Below are positions 1 through 11,348 of a stretch of DNA of 64,000 nucleotides, piece after piece. The notes below the pieces were generated by a model. The model was not told where the DNA came from, ran no database searches, and saw only the letters and a program-made list of their open reading frames with translations. The position numbers and the translations under genes are program-made. Numbering within the stretch: position 1 is the first letter of the stretch; each line of letters begins with the position of its first letter. This stretch comes from an uncultured Candidatus Rokubacteria bacterium (GTDB lineage Bacteria; Methylomirabilota; Methylomirabilia; Rokubacteriales; CSP1-6), in NCBI GenBank assembly GCA_963789955.1, contig CAWBMV010000022.1:128001-192000 (forward strand). The letters are read 5' to 3'.

Positions 1-63
1 TCCCGGCGGTGCGCCTCGAGATCGAGTTCTAGTCTAGTTCCTGATCCCTCGTCGCCTCGCGCC

Positions 64-96
64 CGGGCCCGAGCCGGAACTTCCGGCTCGGGCCCG
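64..96. terminator. Perfect 16-bp inverted repeat just downstream of metH (terminator or REP-like hairpin)
   Basis: cgggcccgagccggaa-c-ttccggctcgggcccg, about 20 bp after the metH stop; no clear U-tract. Confidence 0.55.
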
Positions 97-115
97 CGGC
101 GTCTCCGAGATCGGG

Positions 116-3100
116 TCAGTCGGCCTTGAAGTACTTCGCCGCCGGATGATGGAACACGAGACCCGACACCGAGGCCTCCGGATCCATCATGAAGCCCTCG
201 GTCAAAGTCAGACCGAACGTCTCGGGCTCCAGGAGCCGGAACAAGGTGACCTGATCGGCGAGATTCGGACACGCTGGATACCCGAACGACACGCGGATGC
301 CCTGGTAGCGAGCCTTCAGCTTCTCGCTGATCGGCAGCTCCGGCGGATCTGGAAATCCCCAGAGGGTCCGCATCCGGGAATGAAGCATCTCCGCGAAGCC
401 CTCCGCGGACTCGATGGCCAGCGCCTGAAGCGCATGCGACCGCACGTACTCGCCGCGCTCCTTCCATGCTGAAGCGAGCTCTCTCACCCCCGCACCGCAG
501 GTGACCGCGAACAGCGCCACATAGTCGTCCGCGTCGTCGCGCACGTAGTCGGCGAGGCAGAGACGCTCGCCATCGCGCTGGCGCGGGAAGTCGAACCGTG
601 CGGTCTCGTTCCCGGACGAGTCGAACAGGATCACGGCGTCGCCGGCAGCCCGAGCACGATACCAGCGGTATACGCCCTGAGCCCCGAGCAGACGCTGATC
701 GACGGCGTCGCGCTTCAACGCTTCCACGATCTCGTGAACTTCCTGCGCCTTGGGGTCCCCGGCCGCCAGCAGGCGCTCGATGAGCCCCCGCACGCCGAGG
801 TGCTTGCCGTAGAGCATCTGGAGATTCAGGTACGGATAGATGTGCGTGAGGGGAACGTCACGGAGGACGTGCCGCTCGAGGTCGGGGGGCGCGGGCACGG
901 TGGCGCGCTCGAGCCGCCGCGCCGGAGCCGATGACGGCGCCGCCGGCCTCGCCTCACTCGTGGTCGCTGCGCTCGCCACCATCGACGCCTGCTCGCGCCT
1001 GAGGCGCGTGACCAGGGCGTCCCGGGTCGGCGCGGAGAAGAGCTGGTTGGCCAGGTCGAGCCCGTCCATGGCGTCCTTGGCGTAGACCGTCAGCCCGCCG
1101 TACTCGGCCGCGATTCGGGTCGCGGCGAATCGCTTCGTGAGCGCCGCCCCGCCGACGAACAGCGGGATCTCGATGGCGGCCGCGCGCAGGTCCTGCGCCG
1201 TCACCACCATCTGCTGGGCCGATTTCACGAGCAGGCCGGACAATCCGAACGCGTCCGGCTTGTGGGTGTGGTACGCCGCGATCAGCTCCTCGGGCGGGAC
1301 CTTGATGCCGAGGTTGATCACGCGATAGCCGTTGTTCGAGAGGATGATCTCGACCAGGTTCTTGCCGATGTCGTGAACGTCTCCCTTGACCGTGGCCAGT
1401 ACGATCGTGCCGCGCGTCGCGGCCTCGGCCTTTTCCATGAAGGGCTCGAGATGCGCGACGGCGGCCTTCATCGCCTCCGCCGATTGAAGCACCTCGGCGA
1501 CGATCAGCTGGTTGTCGTTGAACAGACGCCCGACCTCGTCCATGCCCCGCATCAGCGGGCCGTTGACGATCTCGAGCGGCGCTGCCTCGCGCAGCTTCGC
1601 GTTCAGGTCGTCGATCAGGCCGTCGCGGCTGCCCTCGACGATGTAGCGCGCGAGGCGCTCGTCGAGCGAGAGGGTCTCCGCGGGCGGCGGCGCCTTGCGC
1701 CGTTCCCGGAAATACGCCGCGAAGGCCGCGACCGGATCGGCGCCCCGCACGTAGATCAGATCCTCGGCCAGCCGCCGCTCCTCCTCCGGAATCGACGGAT
1801 ACCGCTCGAGCCGCTCGGTGTTCACGATCGCGTAGTCGAGGCCCGCCTTGGTGCAGTGGTAGAGGAAGACCGAGTTGAGGACCTCGCGACCGGCCGGCGG
1901 CAGGCCGAACGAGACGTTCGAGATCCCGAGGATCGTCTTGCAGTCCGGAAAGCGCTGCTTGATGGCGCGAATGCCTTCGATCGTCTCGACCGCGGCGCCG
2001 ACGTAGTTCGCGTCGCCGGTGCCGACCGGGAACACGAGCGCGTCGAAGATCAGGTCACGGGCCGGGAGCCCGTACTTGCGGGTGAGCAGATCGTGGCAGC
2101 GCTCGGCGATCGCGAGCTTGCGGGCCCGGGTGACCGCCATGCCCTGGCGCTTGTCCTCGTCGATGCAGCCGACGACGACCGCGCCGCCGTACGTGTGGAG
2201 CAACGGCACGACCTTCTCGAACCGTTCTTCGCCGTCTTCGAGGTTGATCGAGTTCACGATCGACTTGCCCTGGCAATGTCGAAGCGCCGCCTCGATCACC
2301 GCGGCGTCCGTGGAGTCGATCATGAGCGGGACCTTCACCTTGCGGGTGACCTGCGTCATGAATCGGTCCATGTCGGCGGGCTCGTCCCGATCGGGATTGG
2401 CCAGGCACACGTCGAGGACCTGCGCGCCGTTCTTGACCTGCGCGCGGCCGATCTCGGCGGCTTCCTCGAACTGGTCGGCGACGACCAGCTCCTTGAATCG
2501 CCGCGAGCCGATCACGTTCGTGCGCTCGCCGACGAACAGCGGGCGATTGTCGTCGGCCGGATAGAACACTTCGATCCCGCTGACCGCCTGCGCCTCCCGC
2601 GCCGCCGGCACGCGCGGGGCGCGGCCGCTCGCCAGCGCCTTCAACGCGCGGATGTGGGCCGGCGTCGTGCCGCAGCAGCCACCGATGAAGTTCACCCAGC
2701 CCTCGTCGACGAATCGCGTCATCTTGTACGCGAGGCTCGCCGGCGTCTCGGCGTACTGCCCGCGCTCGTCCGGCAGGCCCGCGTTCGGATAGACGCTCAC
2801 GCATCGAGTCGACAGTGCCGCCAGCGAGCGCAGGTGATCGGTCATGAATTCAGGCCCGGTGGCGCAGTTGAGCCCGATCGAGAAGAGGTCGAGATGCTCG
2901 AGGGCCACGTAGAGCGCCTCGACGCCCTGCCCGGCGAGCATCGTTCCCATGGGCTCGATCGTGATGCTGATCATCAGTGGCAGCTCGACGCCCGCCTCGC
3001 GCATCGCCGCGCGAACGCCGATCGCCGCCGCCTTGACGTTCAGGGTGTCCTGGACCGTCTCGAGCAGCAGCGCGTCCACGCCGCCGGCGATGAGCGCCGC

Positions 3101-3517
3101 CGCCTGGAGCGCGTACGCCTCGCGGACCTGGTCGAAGGTCACGTTGCGCGTCACGCTGATGGACCGCGTCGACGGCCCCATCGCGCCGACGACGAAGCGC
3201 TCCCCGGCGACCTCCCGCGCGAGGCGGGCGGCGGCCAAGGTGATTTCGTGGGCGCGCTCGGCCAGAGCGTACTCGGCGAGCACGTAGGGCGCGCAGCCGA
3301 ACGTGTTGGTCGAGATGAGATCGGCGCCGGCCTCGAGGTAGGCTTCGTGGACTTTGCGGATGACGCCGGGCCGCGTCAGGTTCAGGTACTCGTTGCAGCC
3401 CTCGTACTCCGCGCCTCCGAAGTCGTCGGCCGTCAGGCTCGCGGCCTGGATCATGGTGCCCATCGCCCCGTCGAGGACGAGGATCCGCTCCTTCACCGCC
3501 GCGCGGAGTCGCGACAT
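116..3517 (-). CDS. metH: Cobalamin-dependent methionine synthase
   Basis: Starts MSRLRAAVKERILVLDGAMGTMIQ; Hcy domain GLNC and GGCCG; pterin domain GERTN; B12 motif GDVHDIGKN; C-terminal reactivation domain GYPACP. The ORF-track extension to 4510 is antisense to the next gene. Confidence 0.97.
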   Translation of the reverse strand: MSRLRAAVKERILVLDGAMGTMIQAASLTADDFGGAEYEGCNEYLNLTRPGVIRKVHEAYLEAGADLISTNTFGCAPYVLAEYALAERAHEITLAAARLAREVAGERFVVGAMGPSTRSISVTRNVTFDQVREAYALQAAALIAGGVDALLLETVQDTLNVKAAAIGVRAAMREAGVELPLMISITIEPMGTMLAGQGVEALYVALEHLDLFSIGLNCATGPEFMTDHLRSLAALSTRCVSVYPNAGLPDERGQYAETPASLAYKMTRFVDEGWVNFIGGCCGTTPAHIRALKALASGRAPRVPAAREAQAVSGIEVFYPADDNRPLFVGERTNVIGSRRFKELVVADQFEEAAEIGRAQVKNGAQVLDVCLANPDRDEPADMDRFMTQVTRKVKVPLMIDSTDAAVIEAALRHCQGKSIVNSINLEDGEERFEKVVPLLHTYGGAVVVGCIDEDKRQGMAVTRARKLAIAERCHDLLTRKYGLPARDLIFDALVFPVGTGDANYVGAAVETIEGIRAIKQRFPDCKTILGISNVSFGLPPAGREVLNSVFLYHCTKAGLDYAIVNTERLERYPSIPEEERRLAEDLIYVRGADPVAAFAAYFRERRKAPPPAETLSLDERLARYIVEGSRDGLIDDLNAKLREAAPLEIVNGPLMRGMDEVGRLFNDNQLIVAEVLQSAEAMKAAVAHLEPFMEKAEAATRGTIVLATVKGDVHDIGKNLVEIILSNNGYRVINLGIKVPPEELIAAYHTHKPDAFGLSGLLVKSAQQMVVTAQDLRAAAIEIPLFVGGAALTKRFAATRIAAEYGGLTVYAKDAMDGLDLANQLFSAPTRDALVTRLRREQASMVASAATTSEARPAAPSSAPARRLERATVPAPPDLERHVLRDVPLTHIYPYLNLQMLYGKHLGVRGLIERLLAAGDPKAQEVHEIVEALKRDAVDQRLLGAQGVYRWYRARAAGDAVILFDSSGNETARFDFPRQRDGERLCLADYVRDDADDYVALFAVTCGAGVRELASAWKERGEYVRSHALQALAIESAEGFAEMLHSRMRTLWGFPDPPELPISEKLKARYQGIRVSFGYPACPNLADQVTLFRLLEPETFGLTLTEGFMMDPEASVSGLVFHHPAAKYFKAD

Positions 3518-3535
3518 AGAGTTATAGTAGCGCAC
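3518..3535. promoter_or_regulatory. Bidirectional leaderless promoter with overlapping -10 hexamers
   Basis: TATAGT (+, 3523-3528) lies 7 nt before ATG 3536; TACTAT (-, 3529-3524) lies 6 nt before ATG 3517; no room for an SD. Confidence 0.7.
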
Positions 3536-4733
3536 ATGATCACTACGGCCCTCTCGCTCGACGGTGTCCGCGTCATCGACCTCTCGCGTGTCCTGGCGGG
3601 GCCCTTCTGCGGCATGCTCCTGGCCGACATGGGGGCCGACGTCATCAAGGTGGAAGACACCGGCTCGGGCGACGAGTCGCGCACCTGGCCGCCGCACAAG
3701 GGCGGCGAGTCGGCGGCGTATCTGGTCATCAATCGCAACAAGCGCGATCTGACGCTCGATCTCAAGGCCCCGGAGGGTGCCGACGTCCTCCGCAATCTGG
3801 TGAAGGGCGCGGACGTGCTCATCGAGAATTTCCGGACGGGCACGATGGAGAGCTTCGGCCTGGGCTACGACGCGCTGTCCGCGATCAACCCCGGGCTCGT
3901 CTACTGCTCGATCTCGGCCTTCGGGCGGACCGGACCCCGGAAGGACGGCGCCGGGTACGAAGCGCTCATGCAGGCCTTCAGCGGGATCATGTCGATCACG
4001 GGAGAGCCCAACGGCCCGCCGGTCCGGGCCGGCGTCTCGTTTCTCGACCTGACGACCGGCATCTTCTCCGCGCTCGGCATCTGTAACGCGCTTCTGTACC
4101 GGGCGAAGACCGGCCTCGGCCAGCGCGTCGACGGCTCGCTCCTGGAGACCGCCGTGACCCTGCTGAACTATCACGCCGAGGGGTTTCTTCTCACCGGCAA
4201 CATCCCGAAGGCGCTCGGCTCGTCCCACCCGTCGCTCGCGCCCTACCGCAACTTCCGCTGCCGCGACGGCCAGTGGGTGTTCATCGCCGGCGCCAACGAC
4301 CGCTTCTGGCAGCGGCTGGTCGCGGCGCTCGACCTCGCTGCGCTGCGCGACGAACGCTTCGCGACGAACCTCGGCCGCGTACGCCATCGCGAGGACCTCG
4401 AGAAGGCCGTCGCGCGACGCGATCGCCACGTACGATCGCGAGCCGCTGCTGAAGCTGCTCGAGGAGGGTGGGGTTCCGGCGACGCCGGTGAATACGGTCG
4501 AGCAGGTCATGAACGATCCGCAGACCGCGGCGCGTCAGATGATCGAGCGAGTTCTGCACCCCAAGCTCGGCGAGATCCCGGTCATCGGCACGCCGACCAA
4601 ATACTCTCGGATGCGTCCGGGTGTCCGCAGACCGGCCCCACTGCAGGGCGAGCACACCGACGAGGTGCTGGCCGAGTGTGGCTACTCCGCCGAGGCGATC
4701 GGCGAGCTCCGAGCGAAAAAAGTGGTCCGATAG
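3536..4733 (+). CDS. CaiB/BaiF family (class III) CoA transferase; frame break near 4420
   Basis: LDGVRVIDLSRVLAGPFCGMLLADMGADVIKVE, NRNKR, ENFRTG; C-terminus APLQGEHTDEVLAECGYS in a second frame. Confidence 0.92.
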
Positions 4734-4736
4734 ACC

Positions 4737-5366
4737 ATCGAGGCTGCCACGCGATACACAGGACTCGCGCTCCTCGTCCTGGCCGGCTGCCTCCTCGCGA
4801 CTCCCGCCGCGGCCGAGCTCTATCGCTGGACCGACTCGGACGGGACGGTGCACTACACCGGAGATCTCGCCTCGATCCCACCCGAGTTCCGCGACTCGGC
4901 CGAGCTCCTCAACGCGCCTCAGCCGCGCCCGATTCCGCCGCCGGTCACCAACGAGCCGGTGGGGCTCAAGGTGACCCCGGGCGCGCCGATCACCGTCGAG
5001 GCTCGTCTGAACGGCGTTTCGCTCACGCTCATCGTGGACACGGGCGCCGACCGCACGGTGATCTCGCCCGAGGCCATCGAGCGCGCGGGATTGGGCGGCC
5101 AGGAAGGCCGCACGATCCAGGTCATCGGAGTCACCGGCACGTCGACGGCGTCACTCGTCACCATCCCGCTGCTCGACGTCGCCGGTGCCCGGATCGGGCC
5201 GATCGTCGTGGTCGCCCACGCACTGCCGCCGTCGTTTCGCGGGCCGGAGGGGTCGGGCGGCGCCGCCGGATATTCGATCGACGGCCTCCTGGGCCGGGAC
5301 GTGCTCGACGTGTTCACGCTCAACGTGGATACGGCCTCCGGGCACGCCACGCTCACGCCGCGCTGA
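4737..5366 (+). CDS. Secreted DUF4124-like plus retropepsin-like aspartyl protease; start uncertain
   Basis: In-frame signal-like GLALLVLAGCLLATPAAA, then ELYRWTDSDGTVHYT; catalytic IVDTGA; C-terminal DGLLGRD. No ATG/GTG upstream of 4848 in this frame. Confidence 0.8.
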   Translation: MEAATRYTGLALLVLAGCLLATPAAAELYRWTDSDGTVHYTGDLASIPPEFRDSAELLNAPQPRPIPPPVTNEPVGLKVTPGAPITVEARLNGVSLTLIVDTGADRTVISPEAIERAGLGGQEGRTIQVIGVTGTSTASLVTIPLLDVAGARIGPIVVVAHALPPSFRGPEGSGGAAGYSIDGLLGRDVLDVFTLNVDTASGHATLTPR

Positions 5367-5401
5367 CGGCCGGCTCGCACGCCCGGGAGTGCCCGTGCGG
5401 A

Positions 5402-6302
5402 TCAGCGCGGGTGCTTGACGCTCGGGCGCAGGCCACTCATTCGCGCGATCACGTCGAAGACGACCGCGAAGTCGTAGTCCGCCAGGTCGAGCCCGCGCGC
5501 GGCGGTCATGAGCTCGTCGGTGAGCGCGACACTCGGCAGCGGCACGCCGAGCGCCCGTCCCATCTCGAGCGCCAGGCCGAGGTCCTTCTGGATCATGTCG
5601 ACGTTGAACAGCGCCTCCGCCGGCATGCCGAGGACGAACGGACCGCGGTACTTGACCATCGGCGAGGCGATGACCGACTTCAGCAGCACCTCGACGGCGC
5701 GCTCGCGCAGGATCCCGGCCTTCTCGGCGAGCGCCACCGCCTCGCTGAACGCGAGCATCTGAACGGCGAGTCCGAGGTTCGTCGCGATCTTCATCGTGAC
5801 GGCGAGCCCGAGCTCGCCGACGTGGGTGATGGTCGGGCCGATGGCCAGCAACCACGGGCGGACCTTCTCGAGCGCCGCCGGATCGCCGCCGACCATGAAC
5901 GAGAGCTGTCCCGCGTCGACCGTCACGGCACTGCCGGACACGGGCGCGTCGATGAGGCTGGCGCCGCGCTCGGCGACCGCGCGCCCGAGCTCGCGCGTGA
6001 CGCTCGGGGCTCACCGTGCTCATCTCGGCCCAGACCGCGCCCGGCTTGAGCCCGGCGATCACACCGTCGGGGCCGAGGGCGACCGCGCGGAGCGCGGTGC
6101 TGTCCGTGACCATGCTGAAGACCGCGTCCGCCGCCTCGGCGACGGCACGCGGCGACTTCTCGAGCACGAGCCCCGCGGCGACCAGCGCGCGCGCCTTCTC
6201 CGGAGTCCGGTTGTAGCCGACGACCTGGTGTCCGGCCGTGAGCAGCCGCCTGGCCATGCGCCCGCCCATCGTGCCGAGCCCGACGAAGCCCAGCGGCGCC
6301 AT
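5402..6302 (-). CDS. NAD(P)-dependent beta-hydroxyacid dehydrogenase; frame break near 6005
   Basis: GFVGLGTMGGRMA, MSTVSP, DAPVSGS, KDLGLA. Confidence 0.88.
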
Positions 6303-6739
6303 CAGCCGGTGCCCTCGTCGACCACGGCGATCGCGCTGATCTCGAGCTTGCAGCGGGCGTGGGTGGCCAAGCGCGACACCTCGACCGTGGTGGTGGTCGG
6401 CAGGTGACCGCCGAGATACGCGGCCCACACGCGGTTCAGGTCGTCCTGCTCGGCGACGTCCGTCAGGAAGCGGGTGGCGGAGACCAGATCGGCGAACGTG
6501 CAGCCGGCGGCCTCGAGCGTCTTCTTGAGGTTCTCCATCGTGAGCACGGCCTGCTCGCGCATCGTCGCCGGAAGGTCGAACTCCTCGTCGCGATGCGGGT
6601 GGCTGTGATAGACGGCGGCCGCGGTGACCCCCGAGAGGAACACGAGCTTGCCGCGTCGCACGACGATTCCCGGCGCGTAGGGCATCACCACGTCGGTACG
6701 CCGATCGGCGTGGTGGACGATCGAGATTTCCTTCGTCAT
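6302..6739 (-). CDS. RidA/YjgF family protein
   Basis: VFLSG, QAVLTMENLKKTLEAAG, LEISAIA; SD GGAGG before the ATG. Confidence 0.85.
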   Translation of the reverse strand: MTKEISIVHHADRRTDVVMPYAPGIVVRRGKLVFLSGVTAAAVYHSHPHRDEEFDLPATMREQAVLTMENLKKTLEAAGCTFADLVSATRFLTDVAEQDDLNRVWAAYLGGHLPTTTTVEVSRLATHARCKLEISAIAVVDEGTG

Positions 6740-6816
6740 CGAAATCCTCCGCGAATGCCCAGGCATCCTACCATGGTGCGCGACGGCTCCTCGGCGACCC
6801 GGAGTACACTCGGCGC

Positions 6817-7170
6817 GTGCCGGTGATCCTCGTCTCCGACGACGACGCCGCAAGCCGGGACGCCCTCGTCGAGACCCTGCGGCGGCTCTTCCCTCGGGCC
6901 CGCGTGCGGGCCGTGCGGGGTGACCTCGAGCCCGAGGTCGTCGGGCGCGAGAAGGCCGATCTCGTACTGGCGAGCCTCGCCGCGGCGGAGCGTCTCTGTC
7001 GGGCCGGAGCGCCCACAGGCGTGTCGGTGGTCGCGTTGACCCGCGAGATGAGCCCGGATACCCTCTTCAGGGCCGAGGCGCTGGGCATGGCCGGGGCGCT
7101 GCGCGTCCCCGTCGGCGCCGAGCAGCTGGCGATGGCGCTCGGCCCGGTGCTCGACCCTGCACGGCAGTAA
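6817..7170 (+). CDS. Small degenerate receiver-domain-like protein
   Basis: ILVSDDD, DLVLASL and VVALT resemble a CheY fold without the canonical phospho-Asp/Lys; TACACT 6 nt before the GTG. Confidence 0.55.
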   Translation: MPVILVSDDDAASRDALVETLRRLFPRARVRAVRGDLEPEVVGREKADLVLASLAAAERLCRAGAPTGVSVVALTREMSPDTLFRAEALGMAGALRVPVGAEQLAMALGPVLDPARQ

Positions 7171-7209
7171 ACCTTCGAGACGAGAGGGAACGATCGGTTC
7201 GATGAACGC

Positions 7210-8020
7210 ATGCTGACGGAGCTTGCCGGACGGGTCGCCGTCGTGACGGGCGGGGCCAGCGGGATCGGGCGCGCGATGGCCGAGCTCTTCGCGCGCGAGC
7301 GGGCGAAAGTGGTCCTCGCCGACATCGACGAGCGCGCCCTCGCCGCGGTCGTCCAGTCGATCAAGGCGCGGGGCGGCGAGACGCTCGGCGTCCCGACCGA
7401 CGTCACCGATCTCACGTCCGTGCAGGCGCTCGCCGAGAGCGCGTTCAAGACCTTCGGCAAGGTCAACGTGCTCTGCAACAACGCCGGCGTCGCCCTGTGG
7501 GGCGGTCTCGAGACCGCCACGCACCGCGACTGGCAGTGGGTGCTCGGCGTCAATCTCTGGGGCGTCATCCACGGCGTCGAGGCGTTCGTGCCGCGGATGA
7601 TCGCGTCGAAGGAGCCCGGACACATCGTCAACACGGCGTCGATGGCGGGCTTGATCGCGTCGCGCGGGCTCGGCGTCTACAACACCTCGAAGTACGCGGT
7701 CGTCGGCCTCTCCGAGACCCTGGCGAAAGACCTCCGCGCCTACGGCATCGGCGTCTCGGTCTTGTGCCCGATGGGCGTGGCGACCCAGATCCGCGAGAGC
7801 GCCCGCAATCGCCCCGCCGACCTCGAGAACGAGGCGCCGGGCGCGTCGGAGCCGGTCGAGCTGATCGGGCGCACGCTCGCGCCGGCGACGGTGGCCGAGA
7901 TGGTGCTCGCCGCGATCCGCGCGAACCGTCTCTACGTGATCACGCACGAGGAAGCTCTCGAGGCGCTCCGTCGCCGGCACGAGCGACTCGAGCAAGCCAT
8001 TCTCGAGACCGAAGGCCTGA
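7210..8020 (+). CDS. SDR family oxidoreductase; 3' end uncertain because it reads in frame into the RNase D N-terminus
   Basis: TGGASGIG, CNNAG, YNTSK. Confidence 0.88.
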
Positions 8021-9175
8021 GCGGGACGCGCCCCATCGCCACGCTCGGGTCTCGCTGGGTCGAAACCGCCTCGGACCTCACCGAGGTTGCGCAGCGCCTC
8101 GCGGCGCCCGGCGAGATCGCCCTCGACACGGAGGGCGACAGCCTGCATCACTATCCCGAGCGCCTCTCGCCTCGTCCAGCTGGCCGTGACGTCCGGCGAT
8201 GCCTGGCTGGTCGACCCGATCGCGCTCGGCGACCTCGGACCGCTCGCCTCGGTGTTCACGACGCCGTCGATCGTCACCGTCCTGCACGCCGGCGACAACG
8301 ACCTGGTCCAGCTCAAGCGTCGGGGCTTCGCGTTCGCCGGGCTGTTCGACACGTCCATCGCCGCGCGCTTCCTCGGCGCCAAAGCCCTCGGGCTGGACGT
8401 CTTGCTCGGGACGTACCTCGGCGTCGAGCTCCCACCATCGCGCCAGCGCGACGACTGGTCGCGCCGCCCGCTGTCCGAGGCGCAGCGCCGCTACGCGGAG
8501 TCGGACGTGCTGCATCTGTTCGCGCTCAAGGCCCGGCTGACGGAGGAGCTCGAGCGGGTGGGGCGGCTCGCGTGGGTCCAGGAGGAATGCGCGGCGCTCG
8601 CAGCCCAGCCCGCGGTCGAGCGCGTCGCGGACCCGAACGCGTTCGCGCGGCTCAAGGGTGCGCGTGACCTGCCGCCGCAGAATCTCGCGATCCTGCGCGA
8701 GCTCTACGAGCTCCGCGAGCAGCTCGCCCGCACGATGGATCGCCCGCCGTTCAAGGTCCTCGCCGAAGAGACGCTGGTCCGGCTGGCTCAGACTCCTCCG
8801 GACGATCCGGCGGCGCTCGCGTTGATTCCGGGGTGCACGCCGAAAGTGATCGGACGCTGGGGTGAGGCGGTGCTGGCCGCGGTGGCCCGCGGTCGAGCGA
8901 TGCCGGAGGACGCGCTGCCGGTGCTCGAGCGCTCGCCGCGCCTGAGGATTCCCGGGGTTGCCGCCCGCCGCATCGAAGCGCTCCGGCAATGGCGGACGGA
9001 GGCGGCTCCGCGCTTCGGGCTCGAGCCGGGTCTGCTCCTGCCCAACCGGCTGATCACCACGGTCGCGCTCGCGGCGCCTCGCGACGCCGGCGCGCTCGCG
9101 ACGCTCGACGGTGTACGGCGCTGGCGCGCCGAGACCTTCGGCGGAGAGATCGTTGCCGCGCTCGCCGCGCCGTGA
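8017..9175 (+). CDS. rnd: Ribonuclease D-like 3'-5' exonuclease with HRDC domains; frame break near 8170
   Basis: IALDTEGDSLHHY, LHAGDND, LFDTSIAA, DWSRRPLS, YAESDV, DRPPFKVL. Confidence 0.85.
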
Positions 9176-9189
9176 GAAGGTGAAGCTCC

Positions 9190-9696
9190 ATGACTGACTG
9201 GCGCGATCTGCTCGTCGACGACGATTCCGGTCTCAGCGCGATCTTCCGCGAGGCCAAGACCGTGGCCGTGCTCGGCGCCAAGGCCGACTCGGCGGAGCCC
9301 GCGTACTACGTGCCGGCCTATCTGCATGCGCGCGGCTACCGGATCCGGCCGGTCAACCCGAGGTTCGCGGGCCGTCCGCTCCACGACGCGGAGACCGTCG
9401 CGTCGCTTCGTGACCTGGCCGAGCCGGCCGACGTGATCGAGATCTTCCGGCGCCCCGAATATCTGTCGGGTCACGCGGACGAGATCCTGGCTTTGCCGTG
9501 GCGCCCCAAGGCGGTCTGGTTCCAGCTCGGGATCCGACACGACGGCGCCGCCGAGAAGCTCGCGCGGGCCGGCATCCGCGTGGTCCAGGATCGCTGCATG
9601 ATGCCCGAGCACCGGCGGCTCAAGTCCCAGGGATCTCTGGGCCGACTGAAGAGGAGGAAGCCGGACACATGGCCGGCGAATACGCGTTCGTCATGA
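9190..9696 (+). CDS. CoA-binding protein (YccU-like)
   Basis: [33 protein letters not shown]; true stop may be near 9650. Confidence 0.85.
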   Translation: MTDWRDLLVDDDSGLSAIFREAKTVAVLGAKADSAEPAYYVPAYLHARGYRIRPVNPRFAGRPLHDAETVASLRDLAEPADVIEIFRRPEYLSGHADEILALPWRPKAVWFQLGIRHDGAAEKLARAGIRVVQDRCMMPEHRRLKSQGSLGRLKRRKPDTWPANTRSS

Positions 9697-11348
9697 AAGA
9701 TCTCCGGAAGGTCGTCCCGCCCAAGCGGGAGATCCTCCGCGGCATCTGGCTGTCGTTTTTCCACGGAGCGAAGATCGGCGTGCTCGGCGCGAACGGCGCC
9801 GGCAAGTCCTCGTTGCTCCGCATCATGGCCGGCGTCGACCGCGACTTCCTCGGTGAGGCGTTCCCCGCCTCGGGACTCCGGATCGGCTATCTGCCGCAGG
9901 AGCCGCAGCTCGATCCGGCCAAGGACGTCCGCGGCAACGTCGAGGAAGGCGTCGCCGAGGTCCGGGCACTGCTCACGCGATTCGAGGAGGTCAGCGCCAA
10001 GCTCGGCGAGCCGCTCGAGGCAGACGAGATGGAGAAGCTGCTCGATGAGCAGGCGAGGCTCCAGGACAAGATCGACGCCTCGAACGCCTGGGACCTCGAC
10101 CGCACCGTGGAGCTCGCGATGGACGCGCTCCGGGTCCCGCCGGGCGAGATGGACGTGACGAAGATCTCGGGCGGCGAGCGGCGGCGTGTCGCCCTCTGCC
10201 GGCTGCTCCTCGCGCGCCCGGACATGCTCCTCCTCGACGAGCCGACGAACCATCTGGATGCCGAGTCGGTCGCGTGGCTCGAACGGTTCCTCAAGGAGTA
10301 TCCGGGTACGGTCGTCGCGATCACCCACGACCGCTACTTCCTCGACAACGTGGCGGGCTGGATCCTCGAGCTCGACCGCGGCCACGGCATCCCGTGGGAG
10401 GGCAACTATTCGTCCTGGCTCGAGCAGAAGCGTCAGCGGCTCGAGCAGGAGGAGAAGGCCGATCTCTCGCGCGAGCGCACGCTCGCCCGCGAGCTCGAGT
10501 GGGTGCAGATGTCGCCGAGGGCCCGCCAGGCCAAGAGCAAGGCGCGCCTGCAGGCCTACGACGCGATGCTGAACGAGTCGTTCGACAAGCGCGCGTCCGC
10601 GCTCGAGATCGCGATTCCGCCCGGGCCGCGACTCGGCGACGTCGTCGTCGAGGCCGACGACGTGCGGAAGTCGTACGGCGATCGCGTCCTGGTCGAGGAC
10701 CTTTCGTTCAAGCTGCCGCGCGGCGGCATCGTCGGCGTCATCGGCCCCAACGGCGCCGGGAAGACGACCCTGTTCCGGATGATCGTCGGCCAGGAGAAGC
10801 CCGACGCCGGGACGTTGCGGGTGGGCGACACGGTGACGCCCGCCTACGTCGACCAGAGCCGCGATGCGCTCGACGCGCGCCGAACCGTCTGGGAGGAAAT
10901 CTCCGGCGGCGCCGACACGATCACGCTCGGCGACCGGACCGTGCAGTCGCGCAGCTACGTCGCCTCGTTCAACTTTCGCGGCACCGATCAGCAGAAGCGT
11001 GTCTCGGAGCTCTCGGGCGGCGAGCGCAACCGCCTGCATCTGGCGACGATGCTCAAGAGCGGCGCCAATCTCCTCTTGCTCGACGAGCCCACGAACGATC
11101 TCGATGTCGACACGCTGCGCGCGCTGGAGGACGCACTCCTGGACTTCGCCGGATGCGCGGTGGTGATCAGCCACGATCGCTGGTTCCTCGACCGGATCGC
11201 GACCCACATCCTGGCGTTCGAAGACGAAGGCCGTGTGGTCTGGTCCGAGGGCAACTACACCGACTACGAGGCCGATCGCCGCAAGCGGCTCGGCGCCGAG
11301 GCCGAGCGGCCGCATCGGCTACGGTTCAAGCGTCTGCGGCGCGACTGA
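9669..11348 (+). CDS. ettA: Energy-dependent translational throttle ABC-F protein EttA
   Basis: [44 protein letters not shown], second [11 protein letters not shown] and DEPTNDLD. Confidence 0.95.
   Translation: MAGEYAFVMKDLRKVVPPKREILRGIWLSFFHGAKIGVLGANGAGKSSLLRIMAGVDRDFLGEAFPASGLRIGYLPQEPQLDPAKDVRGNVEEGVAEVRALLTRFEEVSAKLGEPLEADEMEKLLDEQARLQDKIDASNAWDLDRTVELAMDALRVPPGEMDVTKISGGERRRVALCRLLLARPDMLLLDEPTNHLDAESVAWLERFLKEYPGTVVAITHDRYFLDNVAGWILELDRGHGIPWEGNYSSWLEQKRQRLEQEEKADLSRERTLARELEWVQMSPRARQAKSKARLQAYDAMLNESFDKRASALEIAIPPGPRLGDVVVEADDVRKSYGDRVLVEDLSFKLPRGGIVGVIGPNGAGKTTLFRMIVGQEKPDAGTLRVGDTVTPAYVDQSRDALDARRTVWEEISGGADTITLGDRTVQSRSYVASFNFRGTDQQKRVSELSGGERNRLHLATMLKSGANLLLLDEPTNDLDVDTLRALEDALLDFAGCAVVISHDRWFLDRIATHILAFEDEGRVVWSEGNYTDYEADRRKRLGAEAERPHRLRFKRLRRD

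Noticed and set aside
3518..4510. Long N-terminal extension of MetH
   Set aside because: Antisense to the CoA transferase; MetH homology begins at 3517, which has its own -10
1262..6049. 1595-aa ORF on the + strand
   Set aside because: Mostly the antisense shadow of metH in GC-rich DNA; only 3536 to about 4420 is real (CoA transferase)
7210..9175. SDR-RNase D fusion protein
   Set aside because: In frame as given, but functionally implausible; an off-frame TGA sits at the junction (8018-8020) and indels are frequent, so an artefact is more likely
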